NCBI GenBank assembly: GCA_051362555.1
Contig: JBPQGU010000016.1
Location: 5,766,001-5,830,000 of the forward strand
Length of the DNA stretch: 64,000 bases
Reading direction: 5' to 3'
Source of the DNA: Lingula anatina
Taxonomy: Eukaryota; Animalia; Brachiopoda
Made by a program: the position numbers and the translations under genes. The stretch's first letter is position 1; each line of letters opens with the position of its first letter. This document shows, piece by piece, positions 27,114 through 41,560 of this stretch. The notes under the pieces are model-generated. The model worked only from the letters and a program-made list of their open reading frames with translations. It did not search any database and was not told the origin of the DNA.

Positions 27114-30100
27114 GGGGACAGATAGGGTTAACTACGCTTAAAATCATGTTTTTGAGTTTTTTGTGTGTTTCTATTAATCAAAAAAGTATCTAACGTTGGC
27201 TGTAATAATTATTTTGAATTTGCACCGCAAAATGTGTCTTTTGATGAGTTTTTCAACCGGCACGCGCCCCAGTCAGGCTGACAACTAAGCCACGCCTCTG
27301 TTGCTAAGGGCCGTTGCCATGAGGGGGGCGGAGCATAGGTAATGAGTTATAAGCCGATTACGTGTGCGGTAATAGGTCATAAGTCTTACATCAGCTAAGC
27401 AGTGAAGAAGTCGAGTACGCTATGGGGAAGAGAAAAGTTCGTGTTAAAAAGCCATTTCCAGAGGAAAGAAAGAAAATTTTGAAAGAGAGTATGCGCGGCG
27501 GTTGGGGAAAACCGGTATTTGCTGAGTCGGATGACGAGAGAGAGAATCTACCTGGAGCGAGCGCTCGTAAGATACTGAAGGACTTAGAACAGCCCTCGGA
27601 GTCTTCAGACAGTGCTCGCGAGGAAGAAACCGTAGCTACTGGGACCTTTAAAAAAACATTTGAACTTCATTAGGCCTATACAGCTTGTTTATTGGGAAGT
27701 CCAACGACACAGTAAATCAGTCTTTTGATTTTTTGTAATGCATATGGAAATAAAATTGGGATTTCTGAGCAAAATGTTATCTAGATTTCAGTAGAAAAAG
27801 GCTTCATGTTACATAAAAGAGAATAACCTCATGTTAATCTTCATACCTGGTTTAAATCGCACACTATAAGCACTTAGTCATTGTTGCAGGAGTAGATAGA
27901 CCTAATGTTAAAAAAATGGTAGCCAAAGACAAAGGCATCAAGATTCCCATGTTATGATAATGTCTACTCATAAGAAGGATGACATCGTTCTTTCTTCCTT
28001 TTTTTTACACTTCTGGTCTTATCTAGCCCAGAAAAATTTAACACCCCCAGGGAACTTGTTTTATGTAGCCTAAATAGTGGCCTACTTTAGTTGCAGCTTG
28101 AACTTGGCATTCAAATCTTGATCTGGTTGACAGTCAAGTTTCATTGTTGCTTCCTGTTATCAGAGTCTAGCCAAAACTGCTAAATGTTCCATATGGCAGA
28201 ACTGATCTTATCACATTTCTCAATTACGCAAGGTTGGACAAAGCACTACTACAACGATTAATTAACAGTGTCATCACTGGTTTGACAGTTTGAAAGTCAA
28301 CAAGTTTTATATTGTATCTTTGTACGTTAATCCAGCCAATAGTAGGAAAAGAAATTTTAATGGAAAACACAGCAGTGACAAATTAAAATTATTTTTGAAA
28401 GCACATTTATTGCATTACTTGAGACACCTGCTTTGACCACGACAGGTGAGCACTGCTACCCAACCCCCTTTTATAGCTTATCAAATCTTTCAAATTGAGA
28501 CCTCTAAAAGCAATATGAATATAATGTTTTTCTTTGTTTAGATTATGATTTTATTATACAATAATTCTGACAGTATTTTAATTAACTAGTATGTATTAAT
28601 CATAGTAGGCAGTAGGAAAAATTGCTCTAAAAATAGTACACCACCATCGTTGATAAAGTCGCCACTAGAAAATCCCTTTGGTGGCCATTTCCCTGAGCTA
28701 AATGCATAAGTGAATATCAACAAACAGTTGTCACACGCATTTGTTCACAGCTATACTCGATACAGCCGATAAAATATGCCTATATCAACATGTATCTGAT
28801 GCAAACTGATATTGCAGCCCGTCGGAGGAGTGTTGGTATTATCGCTGATTAAATTACCTTAAGGTTTAGAAATCCTCCTGAGGCCCATGGACTGACGCTA
28901 AAAACCCAAGTGAATATGACCAAGTGGTCGTCACAAGAAATTGTCCTTTGGTCTGTTTGATATGAACGATCAAAGTTCGCCAATTTAACATTGAGAGTAA
29001 TGGGCTAGTCCTAAAATCGAGCCTCATTCTGGGTTAGATAATCCCGTAACCGACTGTAAGAATAGGTGCTCAGCAACATGATGTTCATAGGACAGCTTGG
29101 CAGAATTCCTCCATGGAAACCGCATACCCAGTCTAAAAGAAGCGAAAAAAGACCATAGCTGTTGTAAAAATTACATAATCATCCTAGTAGGCATACAGAA
29201 AGAGAAAAAAGGTTTTTTGATAAAAGTTATATAGTTTGTATATGTAGCTCCCAAAAATTTTTTGCATCATTATACTTAATCTGTATACTTGGAGTAAATA
29301 AAGAACTATCCCAGGAAAGCCTATTAGATAGAAAAATACAATGCCAACATATTTTACTTTAAACCCTGTTTGTAATTGGATAAAGGTTTGTACACTTGCA
29401 ATAAGAAATTTTACCTTATCTTACCTGTCTAATCTCAGCTTTCACCTGGTTGGGTATGATTGCCCTGATAAAAGAAAGCACATCTGCTGGGAAGCTGTAA
29501 TGGCATCCGTCCGGCCCAATGTCTTGCTTCTGTATAAAAAAAATTACAAAAAATGAATGTTATAACCAAGTGATAGAAACTGGATAAAGTCAACTTCTAA
29601 TAAAAATCTTATTTAACCTTTTAAAAGTCAGACTCTGTAAAGAAATAGCCCTGCACTATTACAAAATACTTTAACCAACACATTTTACACGTTTGTAATA
29701 AAAAGTGAAAAACAACATTTTTGTCCTAATGTTTTGCAAAGGAACTCATACTGAAGATTGCTATATTAAAAATAACGTGTTTTTTTTACCTTCAATGCCC
29801 TTGCCCAAGAGCTGTAGTGCATGAAACGAATTTTAATGTGTTTTTCCTTTCATTTTTGCGGCTGTGACTGTATGATCTAATCCTTTTGCGAACTCTTTCC
29901 CATCAAACCTAAAAATAAAAGGAAGGTATGATAAATACGACGCACGTGGTACCTCAACACATCAGACTTATTCATAAGATAACTTCATTCAGTGCCCTGT
30001 GTGATCTAGTATTAGACGCAATCCACGGTAAAATGCCGACGCAACTTTTACATGCTTCAAAAGATTTGAATAGATACTTTTTTACAATCAACACGTTCGT

Positions 30101-31285
30101 GGTTTCAAAACTCACCTACACTCAGCCATTTCACTCAAAAGCCTTCTCTCAGCCACTTTTATCGCTGGTTCTTGTGCAGCTGAGCGTCTCCCCTTTATCT
30201 TAGCTGGCATTTTGAGAAATACTGCTATGAGATAATCGCTGGATTTTTCCGTTGATCTGACGATTACCAAGTGTCGTGCAAAATAATCCTGCAGCGTTAC
30301 CCGTCAAAAAAACTCGTGTTAACACAAGTGACGGACACTTGCTCTCGACACAGTTTTATCTGATCACTTTGCCGATAACAAAGAAGGAATCTCTCAGGTA
30401 AAATTACTCGATTGCCGAGGAAGAGCCATTGAAACGATCAAATGCAACTTCACACCTCTTAATTGCGGTTAAACGTAATCGCCTTTGTTAGCGCTTCCTT
30501 CTACTTATCCTTGACACCCTACGGGGCATCACTAGGCTAGGACCCTCTCCAGAGCTGTCAATCAAAGTGGCGGCACGCTTACATGCCTAACGAGTGGTCG
30601 GAAAATGTAACAAAAGCACGATTTTCTGCCCCTTCAAAGCACCCAAACAAAATATTTTTAGATGACAATAAGCAATGGTTCCATCTGATCGTATAACCGA
30701 TAACAGGTAAATTTGCCAGCTAAGCATTTTGACTAATAAGCCCTGTTAACCAACCTGTGAACGTTTTTGGCTGTTTTAACAGCTTTCTATATTGACGAGA
30801 TAAGTGAATTGCTGCCGAGTATATCTCACTATCTGAGCAACCGATCGTTACAAAAGTTGCACCTATTGTTGTTAGGAATGTGGACTACAGCATGATATCA
30901 GGGGTTTAAGAGGAAATTGTTTGTTTGAAAGTTATCGCCTTTTAAAGTGAATAACCCATTGAAATATGGGCTGATTTAACGTAAAAGATGATAAAATCAA
31001 AAGTAAATAGTTAAAGACAATTCCCTGGTACCGCGCTGTAGTGCTTTCACCCAGCTTTATGAGGCCTTTTGAATCACTTGAATAGCTGTCTTGGTTATAG
31101 AGAAAATCCCAATACCGAAAACGGCATTTTTCCCCTCAAATTGGCGCCAGAGCGTCATCCGTTGGACACTGTACTTAATCCCCGTCTTTAATTGGCCTTT
31201 TGGGAAGTTTGTTTTAATTTTTTATTAAAACTTACAAGCCAAGGGCTTTGTTTCTATGACTTTGGTCCTTTTACTATAAGTCCCC
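27114..31285. mobile_element. Decayed TTAA-targeting DNA transposon (Kolobok-like), possibly nested copies
   Basis: TTAA|GGGGACAGATAG at the left and CTATAAGTCCCC|TTAA at the right (10/12 inverted match). CpG-rich relative to its flanks. Basic N-terminal ORF 27422-27673 (MGKRK...SARKI), and a converging minus-strand decayed frame (MPRRVSRISRRKR... CKSC) near 30530-30000. Confidence 0.45.
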
Positions 31286-32557
31286 TTAACCTGGCACTGA
31301 GATTTATATGTAGATGTGGTACATATTCACTATCACTGGAACAGTTTGACCCATACCAGTCCTGTTTGATACATGTAAATGCCAATTATTTTATCTTTTT
31401 ACTTGATATTCATTGGGAGGTTTTAATTGATGAAAATGCTAGTCATGTTTGGAAAATCAGCATGACTGGATTATTTTTCAAATGGCTTATCATACTTCTT
31501 GTGGTATTTTTCACATAGCTCTGTTGTTACTTATAACCATTCCAGAATTTTTTCCTTTAAAAGTGATGAATCATGCTAACTAACCTGTTATTTTGGTAAA
31601 CATCTGTAAGAAAACAATTTCTTGTTCTCCCTGTTTTACATCAAGCACCAGGAATTGCTCTGAGAACATTGACGGAGAATGTCCGTTTGAAAATAACAAC
31701 CCTCATGTGACTTCACTTCAGGATACAATAACACGTGGACTGGATAATATACATTGGACCATTTGAAAATTATGGGGCAAACACACAGAAGATTTGTACT
31801 TTAAATGGGGCCACAATCCTGGTTTTAATTTATTAAGCCAAACATCTGGTTTTAAGAGTAAACGCTTAGTTAACTTGTGCCCTGGAGGTCCTTCCTCATA
31901 GTTTGGACTGTGGAGAAATTGAGAACAAATCTTATTTAAAAAATATCAAAGAGTCTCTATAAATTTGATTTAGTTAAAGTTCAAAATTATTAAATCATAA
32001 ATACAAGCTTGTAAATATGGGTGAAGTTGAATTTCTCATAATTTTCATTTTCAGGAAAATCATTTTTATTTAGTAGACTCAAATGTAGCAGTATTCCCAA
32101 CAGTTTTTCATTGTGAAATCGGCTCTTAGTTATACTAGTAGAAAATGTTGCATTGAAATTTATCATTTTTTATATTTGATAATATGTATTTTTTTTCAGT
32201 TTTCATCCAAGTAAACAAGTTAATATTGCCTGGCAGTGAGAACAGGCTGTATCAGGTACCTCTGTTACAGCTATATGTACATGTAGCAGGGTTGTTGTTG
32301 TTGTTGTTGTGTGTGTGTGTATTTGTTTACAGTGAATATCTGCAGTTATATTTCTACCCCAACACATTGGAATGTAATATTGTTTGTATGAGATACTGAA
32401 GTCAGTGGTAGTGTCCAGAGCTGTAAGCACCTCTGTATCTGGGACCATCAGCCATTTCTAGCAACTGTGAAACTCGGTATTGTGACAAGCACCAGCCATG
32501 GAAGATTTTTTATTTTTGTCATTTAATAACTTTCTGTTACAACTCTTTATCTTCTAG

Positions 32558-32806
32558 CCTGCCTCAGTTGCTGGGTTAGGTTTTGTAGAAATCCTGTCTG
32601 TCACGCCTACTGCTGTCTCCCCTACTGCTGTCTCCCTGTCAGAGCTCAAAGAACTGCGTCCATGGCAGGTTGCTTTGAAGTCTGGGGGAAACCTTAGGGT
32701 TCTTGATTCCTGTCATCTTCACATGAATACAGTCCCTGCGGCAGACGACCAGGATGTCATTATTAAGAATATGGAGAAGTGCAAACTGGACTTTACACAT
32801 TGGAAG
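32558..32806 (+). CDS. Coding exon: Notch-ligand-like N-terminal (C2/MNNL-like) region, not in ORF track
   Basis: 83 stop-free codons: PASVAGLGFVEILSVTPTAVSPTAVSLSELKELRPWQVALKSGGNLRVLDSCHLHMNTVPAADDQDVIIKNMEKCKLDFTHWK. GFVEI resembles Delta SGxFEL and LDFTHW resembles Delta FxFxW. The phase-0 donor AAG|GTATAA joins the DSL exon in frame. Confidence 0.6.
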
Positions 32807-35139
32807 GTATAATCTTCATGAGTTCTGCTACATGTGGATGATTTATTGTCGTTCCTCACTCTATAACATATACTTCAAACATATTTATCTTAATTAGCCA
32901 AAAGTTATGATAATTATTGGATAATTATGAAAAATATGTTTATCATTATTATCCAAAAATTGTTCTATGATTTGCTTACATTATAATGATAACTGAAGAC
33001 CTTAAAAATATTTTTAAAAGTTTTAAAAATAAGCTGGGGTGAAGACAGAGTGTAAATGTTTGTGTGTGATCCATGCATGTTGAAGAAAAGGTAGAATGTG
33101 GGAACAAGGTATACTGTTGTCTTTTTTTATAATTTGTGAGGGACTGCTGTGGTACATGTAAGTGGTATTTACAATAAGAACATCAATTTAGTTGTAATCT
33201 ACCCCAATTACAGCCTCTTTTCATGCTATTATTAGAGCAGTTTGCAAGTTCTATCATATGGGCTAGTTCATGTTGTAAAAAAATCTGTTCTTTTTTCTTG
33301 GATTGAACTCAAAGGAGGATTTTTAGTAAACCATGGTGCAACCATTTCACCAACTGTACAAAATTTTGGTTAATTTAAAGTAAACATGAAAACACATTAA
33401 AGCTACCTGAACTGGAAGACAGGTGTGTTGATCTAAAGGCAGCAAACAGTTGTCAAATAAAATAACTTTTAACCTCTTAACAGATACAGGAGCAAAAATT
33501 AAGTAAAATAACATTTCTGGCATTTACCTGTACATCTTCTGTTGAACGTGGAGCAAGTGGTTTCTTATGAATACTCGGCAATGTTTGTAGACCAAGAAAC
33601 GCAGACTAAGATATTTGTAGTTAGGAGTCATATTTATATTTATGCACCCCACCTTCCAAATTGTATTTGCTCAGTCTTAAGAGGGTTTGACCATTGGATA
33701 TTATTATTATTATAAAGATTAGCATTGGGTTTCCTCTGTATAACATATGACTGTTGCACCCAGTAGAATATGAATGATGACAAAGCTTCATGTTACATAG
33801 TAAAAGTTCATGCCCAGAAGTGGTCAAGAATTAATGGACATTGATCTGCATTCAAGATGAATTAAAAATGAGGATATGTTTACTTACTTCAGTAAGACAA
33901 AAAACATTGCCCCCCCCCCCCCCTTCCCACACACCCCAGTCACACACCTGTTTATTGTCCTATATCCTGGATATTAGAGTGTAGGTTTTTATAAAACAAC
34001 TAAATATATTACTACCTGGCCTGGGGGTATTGCAGAAAAACATTTTCTTTACACAGTGACTTCATTTTACACAGGTAAAACAATCATGAATTGCACAGTG
34101 GTAAAAGCAATATTTTGTATAATAATAATAATACAAAATTTAAGACCCTTTCACAGCAGTATGCTGTTATGGTAAAATCTGTACCAAACACTTTGAGAAG
34201 TCCTGGCTAACCTATTATTTCTTATTACACTAGCTGTTGTACAATGTATTACTCCTTTTGACAAGTTCCTCGCAAGCTTCATCCCTGCTGTTTAGTTGAT
34301 TAACTGAGGTGACTCTTTTTATGTAATAGGCAGGCTAATGAGCGGCTCTCAAAGTATACCAGTACAGGCTTTTTTTTTTTTTTTTTTTGGCGGGGGGGGG
34401 AGGGGGGGGAGGCATCCGACATACCAGTGGACTGACATATTAAGATTCTGTTCTTTATATACATGTAACTACATTAGTTTGAGTATGCTCAGCCTTACAG
34501 ATACAAGTTTTAAGCTTTATAAGTCAGCATGTGGAATTGATTTTGTTAGAATGTGACACTTTGTTTCCTTGGTAATATAATTCCATCTTTAATACTAAAT
34601 CATATCCTGGCTTGTTTATTTAATTCTTGGTAGGTATCAAATGAAACTGAAACTGAAATAAGACAAATTGGTTTATTGTTTGAAGTACTGGGTACCATTT
34701 GAAGATGCCAGCTCAGTTAGCAAGTACTAAATAATGTCAAATTTTTGCTTCTAAACTTAACATATACTGGAGTTACAAACGGCATAACTTAACGAAATAT
34801 TACATTGAACAAGTATTTTCTAACTTCTTCACTGCATGGTGCAGTTTAAAACTTTTTATTTCTGTTGCCCGAGAGATTAATTTTGGTTGTTTTTTGGCTT
34901 GCAGATTTTATTTGCACGGTGTAAAAAATGGGTACCAGTAAATTATATTCGTTACAGGACATATTTAATACCTTCATCACATCGCTATCTTTAAGGAAAG
35001 CTCCTCTTACATCATATCTATATAAAGAACATTTTTCAGATTGCAGTCTTTTTCTTGGCAATTAATTGGTATTTTAATATAAAATAAAAAATAATGAGTT
35101 ATTTCAAAATTTTAGTTTAACTATTTTTTTTTATTTCAG

Positions 35140-35431
35140 GAACCTCTTTATTTGGCATTTTCATCAGAAACTGATCCTGTAGCATACAACATGACACTGC
35201 CACGTCTCCTGGGGTCCTCCACACATATGGTGTGCTCTTCTAAACACTCTCCCTCTGTCCAGGTGTGTCTACGTGTCCACCTGGCAGTGCAGTGTGGAAC
35301 ATATTACTATGGGGACAACTGTGATGTTTACTGTCGCATACAAGAAAGAGAAGAACGTTACACTTGCGACCCAAGGACGGGGTTGAAGAAGTGTGCAAAT
35401 GGCTACAGAGGATACGGCTGCATGATCAAAG
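35140..35431 (+). CDS. Coding exon encoding a DSL (Delta/Serrate/LAG-2) domain
   Basis: Strong acceptor TTTTTTATTTCAG (phase 0). Translation ...VQCGTYYYGDNCDVYCRIQEREERYTCDPRTGLKKCANGYRGYGCMIK has the six DSL cysteines with C..YYYG..C..YC and YTCD..G.K.C..G..G..C spacing. Donor AAAG|GTTGGT, phase 1. Confidence 0.85.
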
Positions 35432-37924
35432 GTTGGTGTAAAATTTTAATGCTGTGCAGGACGGCTTCTGAGGGATAAAAGTAAAATGCTTTGAACTAAG
35501 AACATCTAATGATGTTTATTTCTTTCCTGCAAGTTTTTGTTTTCAGGGAGACGATGGCAGCCAGTTAATGCATTTTATTGATGGGCTTCTCTTTTTTTAC
35601 CTCAAAAGCAAAGAAGTGTCTATAAGTACTTAACTTTAAGGAGCATTCTATCTGTTTTTTGTCCAGATTCCTCCATCAAAAGGATCCTGATAACAAAGTA
35701 ATCTGGGAAAATCAGTGACAGTTGATAAAATATTGGTAATGTGTACATTTTTGAAATATTCTTTTTTTGTTGAATTGTTTCAGACATTAGCATAAATCAC
35801 CATACTGGGGCCAGGTTATTCCAGGCTGGGGACCATGAAACAATGTGTCCTTGGGTTCCAAGTTCTAGTCAAGGTTAATATTCTTAAAGGTCCACCAGTC
35901 TCACCTGATCCCTTACTTCAATACCATACATTTTTTCAGGACACTTTTCATTAAACAGTTGAGGTCAGTGGTAGACACCATGTAAAAAACAGACTTCTTA
36001 CATTATAAAGATTGCTGGAGGCATCTTCAGTGGGATATTTGAGTATTTAAAGTAAATTTCAGATATATTCTAGGGACCACATCAATTTTTTTGTATATTG
36101 TCCCATATACTCAAATACTCAAAATCAAAATAACCCACTGTACTTGTAAGTGTATATATCTGCTTGTTCACTTTAAATTTGAAAGTTTTGGGTATTTATT
36201 GCTCCTTCAAAACATGTACACCAATTCACCATGTAACTTTGGCCTGTTTGTTTGAAAGAAAACCATGCTGCAACATGCATTCCTTGTGATATCCATGCAG
36301 TTGTCTAATTCCTAGCTCAGACTTGATAGACGACATTTGACTTGACTCAGCAGCAGCTCTGCTAATTGTGTGAACAAAATTTAATTTGGGATCTGCCGTG
36401 GAATATGTAATCTGTGTTAAATAACCCCCCCCCCGTCAAAGGTTATAGCACCCTTCAAGGGCAGTATATATTCATTGTCAGTTGTTTTTGCAAATCAAGA
36501 GATTCAGTCAGCTTGTATTCACACTGCATGCTGTCTAAGGACAACTTATGTACATTCATGAGTGGATTTTGCTTTTATTTAAATTAAGCCCTTATTTGGA
36601 ACTGGTTGTACATATTAATAACTAATAAATCAATGAAAATTTCTAGTCTTAACACTAGCTGAAATTTGCAGTCATGACCCATAGTATTAAGTGGGCCTTG
36701 TCTGGCTTCTGTGACTTTCTCAAAACCCGTAGTGATTACATTACCTCTATTCTACATAGTTGAAAATTCATTAAAGACATCACTGTCAAAAACAATATAT
36801 ACAGGGGTAGGATGATTGATATTTGGGCAGTTAAAGTTGTTTTTAATTTTGCCAAACTCTGATGAGACTTCATGGCTCCACCTTAACTAATTGACTAGGT
36901 GTAATCAAAATAGCCATCTAAATGATTGATCAACTTAGTTGTTAACTGCCATGGCCAGGAAGTTATTGTAATCAGTTATGGATAAATGAATTCTTCAAAA
37001 ATTACAGGACATGGTCTTATTGGGGTAAGTTTCTGATAGTTTATCAAAATTTTAGCTAATGAATTTCCTTACTTGTATGTGGATGTAGGGGGGGGGGATA
37101 TGGTATAATAAATAATAATGCATATTGGGGAGACACAGTGCCAAAACTGTTATTTATGGCCCCAGTGGATCCAAACTTTTGATATCATTGTGGAATTTTA
37201 TTATTTTATTTATTATTTTTTAGGGGGGCAGTCACAATGTTGTAAAAAAGTTTTGCATCCCTGGTTTTGTTCTGCATGGTTTTTCTTTTAAATGAAAAAT
37301 ATGCGATATGAATGTTAATGATTGATAATTGAATGTCAGACATGCTCCCGTCATGAGATCTCCATATAAATAGAATATTGTTGGGAATTGGCTTTTATGT
37401 ATGTATATGCATTCAGCCTAGAAATCTGAGAATAACCTAGGATTGCAAAGGTAGCCAGGCCCCTCATGTCCAGTTGTGAAGGTCAGTATCAACTTGACCT
37501 TTTAAATTATCCTGCTGTGGTATACAAAGTTGATTGCACATGTACTTTTACTGATATATTATGTAATTGGCAGAGTTTCTGTTCTTTTCATAGAATGTAA
37601 ACTATAACCATTTTTTGTCTATTTTGTATAGTTCAACATCAAAAAGCATCTGATCTGTATTTTAGTTGTACCCATCTGTCAGATCAAAACGCTACTGATG
37701 GATGATGGGGGGGGGGGGGGGGGGGGGGGAGGGGAGGGGGGGGGCATGGGGGTTTGCCCTACTAGAGTACCTCCAAGCTTCTCATTTAAAGGAAAAAACA
37801 TGCAGAACAAAACCAGGGCTACAATACAATTTTACAACATTGTGATTACTCAAGAAAAAAAAAACCAATAGTCTACATTATGTGGAATAAACACATGAAT
37901 GATTATATGACTGTGCACAGCCGT

Positions 37925-38660
37925 ACAAGAACATTGAACAATAATGAATTAAAGAACACAGGAAATTAAGTTGTAGATCAATTGAGGAGAAATGTGACAA
38001 GATGTTTTTACTGCTTTTACCCTGTATGTGCTACCCAGAGCTTTCTACAGCTCACTCCAGATACTGTGACACATCGAGATTGGTGTGACATTTAAAAAAA
38101 ATCTTTTTGATATATTTAATTTTGTCAGTTTCATGCATTTAGCTATTTCAAACAGGGCTGGTTGAGGATAAATTATTCAACCTAAAAAACTTTTTATTTT
38201 GCAGAAATCTAAAAATTGTAAAAACAATTAAGTATCAATATTTAACATTAGTATTAAAATATTATTGCTGGCATTGTGTGCACATGTCATGTAAACTACA
38301 CACTGCATGAAGGAAGTACAATTTGATGGGAGTTATAGTTTCCAACTTTGGTGATAAGTTTGTCCTGGCAGTTTAATCTCTGTGTAAGATCACTGGATGA
38401 CCAAAGTCAAATTGTGGATATAAAAGCTTTAATATATCAATGTTTTTCAGCATTTGATAGTGATACCACCTTAGGGCTTTCTAGTGTTTGGGATAAATAT
38501 ACAAATATTAGTGACAGATCTGGGCAGAGACACAGAAACCAGCAAAATAGCAACAGATGTAGAAAACATTGAACAATATGAATAAAGAACAATGAAATTA
38601 AGTTGGAGATCAATTGAGGAAAAATGTGACAAGATGTTTTTACTGCTTTTACCCTGTATA
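37925..38660. repeat. Dispersed ~100-bp direct repeat (37925-38030 and 38565-38660)
   Basis: AACATTGAACAATA..GAA..AAAGAAC...GAAATTAAGTTG.AGATCAATTGAGGA.AAATGTGACAAGATGTTTTTACTGCTTTTACCCTGTAT occurs twice. Confidence 0.85.
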
Positions 38661-41370
38661 TGTAACAAGTGAATCTTCAACTACTTCAGCTGTCACGTTT
38701 AGAGATTCCACAATTAAATGAAATGTGCATTTAAAGTGGATTTTAGTTGACATCAAAGAGAAACTTGCTGGTTAAAATTATCAATTCATAAGAACTTGCT
38801 TGTACATGTAGTACAATAAATAAATATTAAACAGATATATCAACAAAAGTGGCAAATGGGCTTACCTTCTCCTTGGTGATTTAACTACTCTTTAAGGTCA
38901 ATACTTTGTCCAGAAATAAAAATTCTGAGAGCTCACTGTTTACTGAAATAAAGTTGCCCTATTGCACAATTTCATATCTGCCCTGGCATCAAATTATAAT
39001 AAAATTGAATCAAATTTGTTCAAGTATACTTGCCTCTATTGATTGATTCCTCTGTATACTTTCATGCTAAGACTAGCTCTCAAGGAAAAAGGACAGGTGT
39101 GAAATTTCACATCTCTTCCTCAGGTGCGTGAGTCTGACTGCTGGTTTCTGTAGAGAAGTTCTGGTAATTTGGCCTGCCCTCTGCAGAGAGAGAGATAAGT
39201 GCTACCAATGATAATGTAATCAGTAATGCTCTTTTCTGCTATGTTGTTTTCAGTGGTAATCTGTCAGCAATGAATATCTTATTATAAATCTGTCGGTCCC
39301 CAGCGGAGTTCTTGATTAGTTTGCTGATTAGAACTCACATGAGAACACTGCCAGAATACAATAGACATAAGACATCAAGGTGTGAGATATCAGTTAACAA
39401 AACATTTATTGATTCAAACTATTATTACTGAATAATTAATACATACAATCACGAATTCAATACCAATTATGAGGAACAAAAGTGGTTGAGATTGGCCTAG
39501 GGCTCATTCACATCCGATCCAACTCCGCAGCCAGACCCTCACTGGATCATACAATCAGGTTAACAGACTAAGACGCTGCCTCCTGGTATTGAGTAGAATA
39601 TAGAAAATCTGGTGATAATACCAGTATGTTGGAAACAACAGGGGGAGTACTTACCTGTTAAACTTATTGCATTCAGCAAGAGTCCTCACAGAGTTGGATT
39701 GATCTGCATAGAGTGATACTTTCATTGGAAATGAGCCCTAATTGTGCTGCTTGGATTTAGAGGGCCTTTGTATAACTGTCGGGACATAGCTTAGAATATC
39801 AATATTCTGAGAGCTTTTGTTCCATTAAAATTCAACTTCAACAACAAATGGATATCAAATTTTTATCAATATTGTTTTCCAGATTCCCAACACATATACA
39901 AGTTGTCTTTTTTTTTTTTTTTTTTTGCTGTTGATTGACTCTGTTTATGGCATTATGTGTTTCATTATCCAGTCAAGCATACAGTACCTGATATGATCTA
40001 CTATTACATGGGAAGCCTTTAAGTATGTAATGTTATATACTTATCAAATTTTCAGTATGCTGAATCATTAGGCTAGGCAAAAATACAGGAGGTTCTTCCA
40101 GAACTGAAGTCAGCTTTTTATTTTGTTTCGGATGCATTTGTTACAGAGTGCATTCCATGTGGTTGATATTAAGACCAGTTAAATCCACACCTGTGGTGAC
40201 TGAATGGAAGTAATTTTTCTCCAAGCATTTCATTTTTTATCCACAACTAAATGTTACGTTATTTTTGGATGTACGAGAAGTAATCACATTTATTTCACCT
40301 CTAGAAATCACATTAAGGAAAAAAAGAGGCAAATTGTTTATTTTGCCATTTCTTAATTGTACTAGTGGCTTGTTTTGCCTTCAGTGTGGTATTTCAGTCT
40401 TCTTTGGAGCTCAGTTTCAACTCGGCAGGTTCTTGCCATTATATCCTATATCCATCTAGGTAAATGGCAGAGCTCTGGGGGCACATTGCCCGGAGTTAAA
40501 TACAGAACAGTGAGGCAGTTTGGTACAATTGTTCTATCAGAAATGTTATAGTGGCCCCAGTGTGGATATGATATTGTGATGAATGTCTGTTTTGAGGTCT
40601 GACTTGATGTAAATGTTTACCATTAATTCACCATAGTGAAGTTAGAGGTGAGTGGATGCTAAGAACCCCCTATTTATCATGGGTAGGAATATCATTTTAT
40701 GATTACAGTTCTCCCGACACCAAACAATAAAAGTAAGAAAATGGGAAGATTTAATTAGCAGAAGTGTGTTTACAATGAAAATAATTCTTGGATGCAGGGA
40801 TATGCATTTATCTAATATATGATTTAACTAGTATATATAGGAGGTATAATTTGCTTAATATCTTTATGGAAATGTTTTTAAGATAGTTGTCAATTTCTGG
40901 TAAAGCAATATCTATATTCTGGTCGGTAAACTTGCTATTTCATGATTTTATTAGGTGTGGGTGTTACAGTGTAACTGGTTCTTGAACAGTACATATGTTA
41001 ATTTTAGCTAAATATTGGGCCCATCATACTCATTTAGAATTTCCATCTTAATTGTCAGAATTTAGTACTTTGAAGGGAATATGCTTGGTCTATCAACAGA
41101 CACAATATTATTAGTGGAATTCTCAACTAAGCATCCAGCAGTGACTGCAGTTGCCTATATATAAGGTAGAACCAGGATTCCAGGCTCAGTATTTTCTAGC
41201 CATTCATTCACACCATACTTAATTCCCAGCACTACTTGATAGCTCTGGTCTGTTTATGTGTTGATATTCTGATTTATTTTTATTGCTTTGGTAGTGCAGT
41301 GTATGCTCCTGATATACTAATTCCTATCTTGATTTAAAAACTAGGTTCACATACCTAGATCGATCTAATA

Positions 41371-41560
41371 GGATCGATCCATCTCCGAAGGGTTTCTAGC
41401 TAAACTGCTTTCAGCTGAAACAGCTTAGATGTCTGGCACGCCTTCTGAAGCTGCTAAATGATAATTAATTACCCCTAGTAGCTTCAGTCGGCTTGACAGA
41501 CATCTAAACCCCTTAAGTTGATTGCAATTTAGCAAGAATCCCCTTGGAGATAGATTGATC
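41371..41560. mobile_element. Palindromic foldback MITE-like element
   Basis: Left arm GGATCGATCCATCTCCGAAGGGTTTCTAGCTAAACTGC versus reverse complement of the right arm GGATCAATCTATCTCCAAGGGGATTCTTGCTAAATTGC. The imperfect palindrome continues to a centre near 41465. Confidence 0.7.

Noticed and set aside
40385-40459. Possible 75-nt phase 1-1 exon (WYFSLLWSSVSTRQVLAIISYIHL) between DSL and Gla exons
   Set aside because: Splice sites are plausible, but there is no recognisable motif and such candidates arise by chance in 9 kb.
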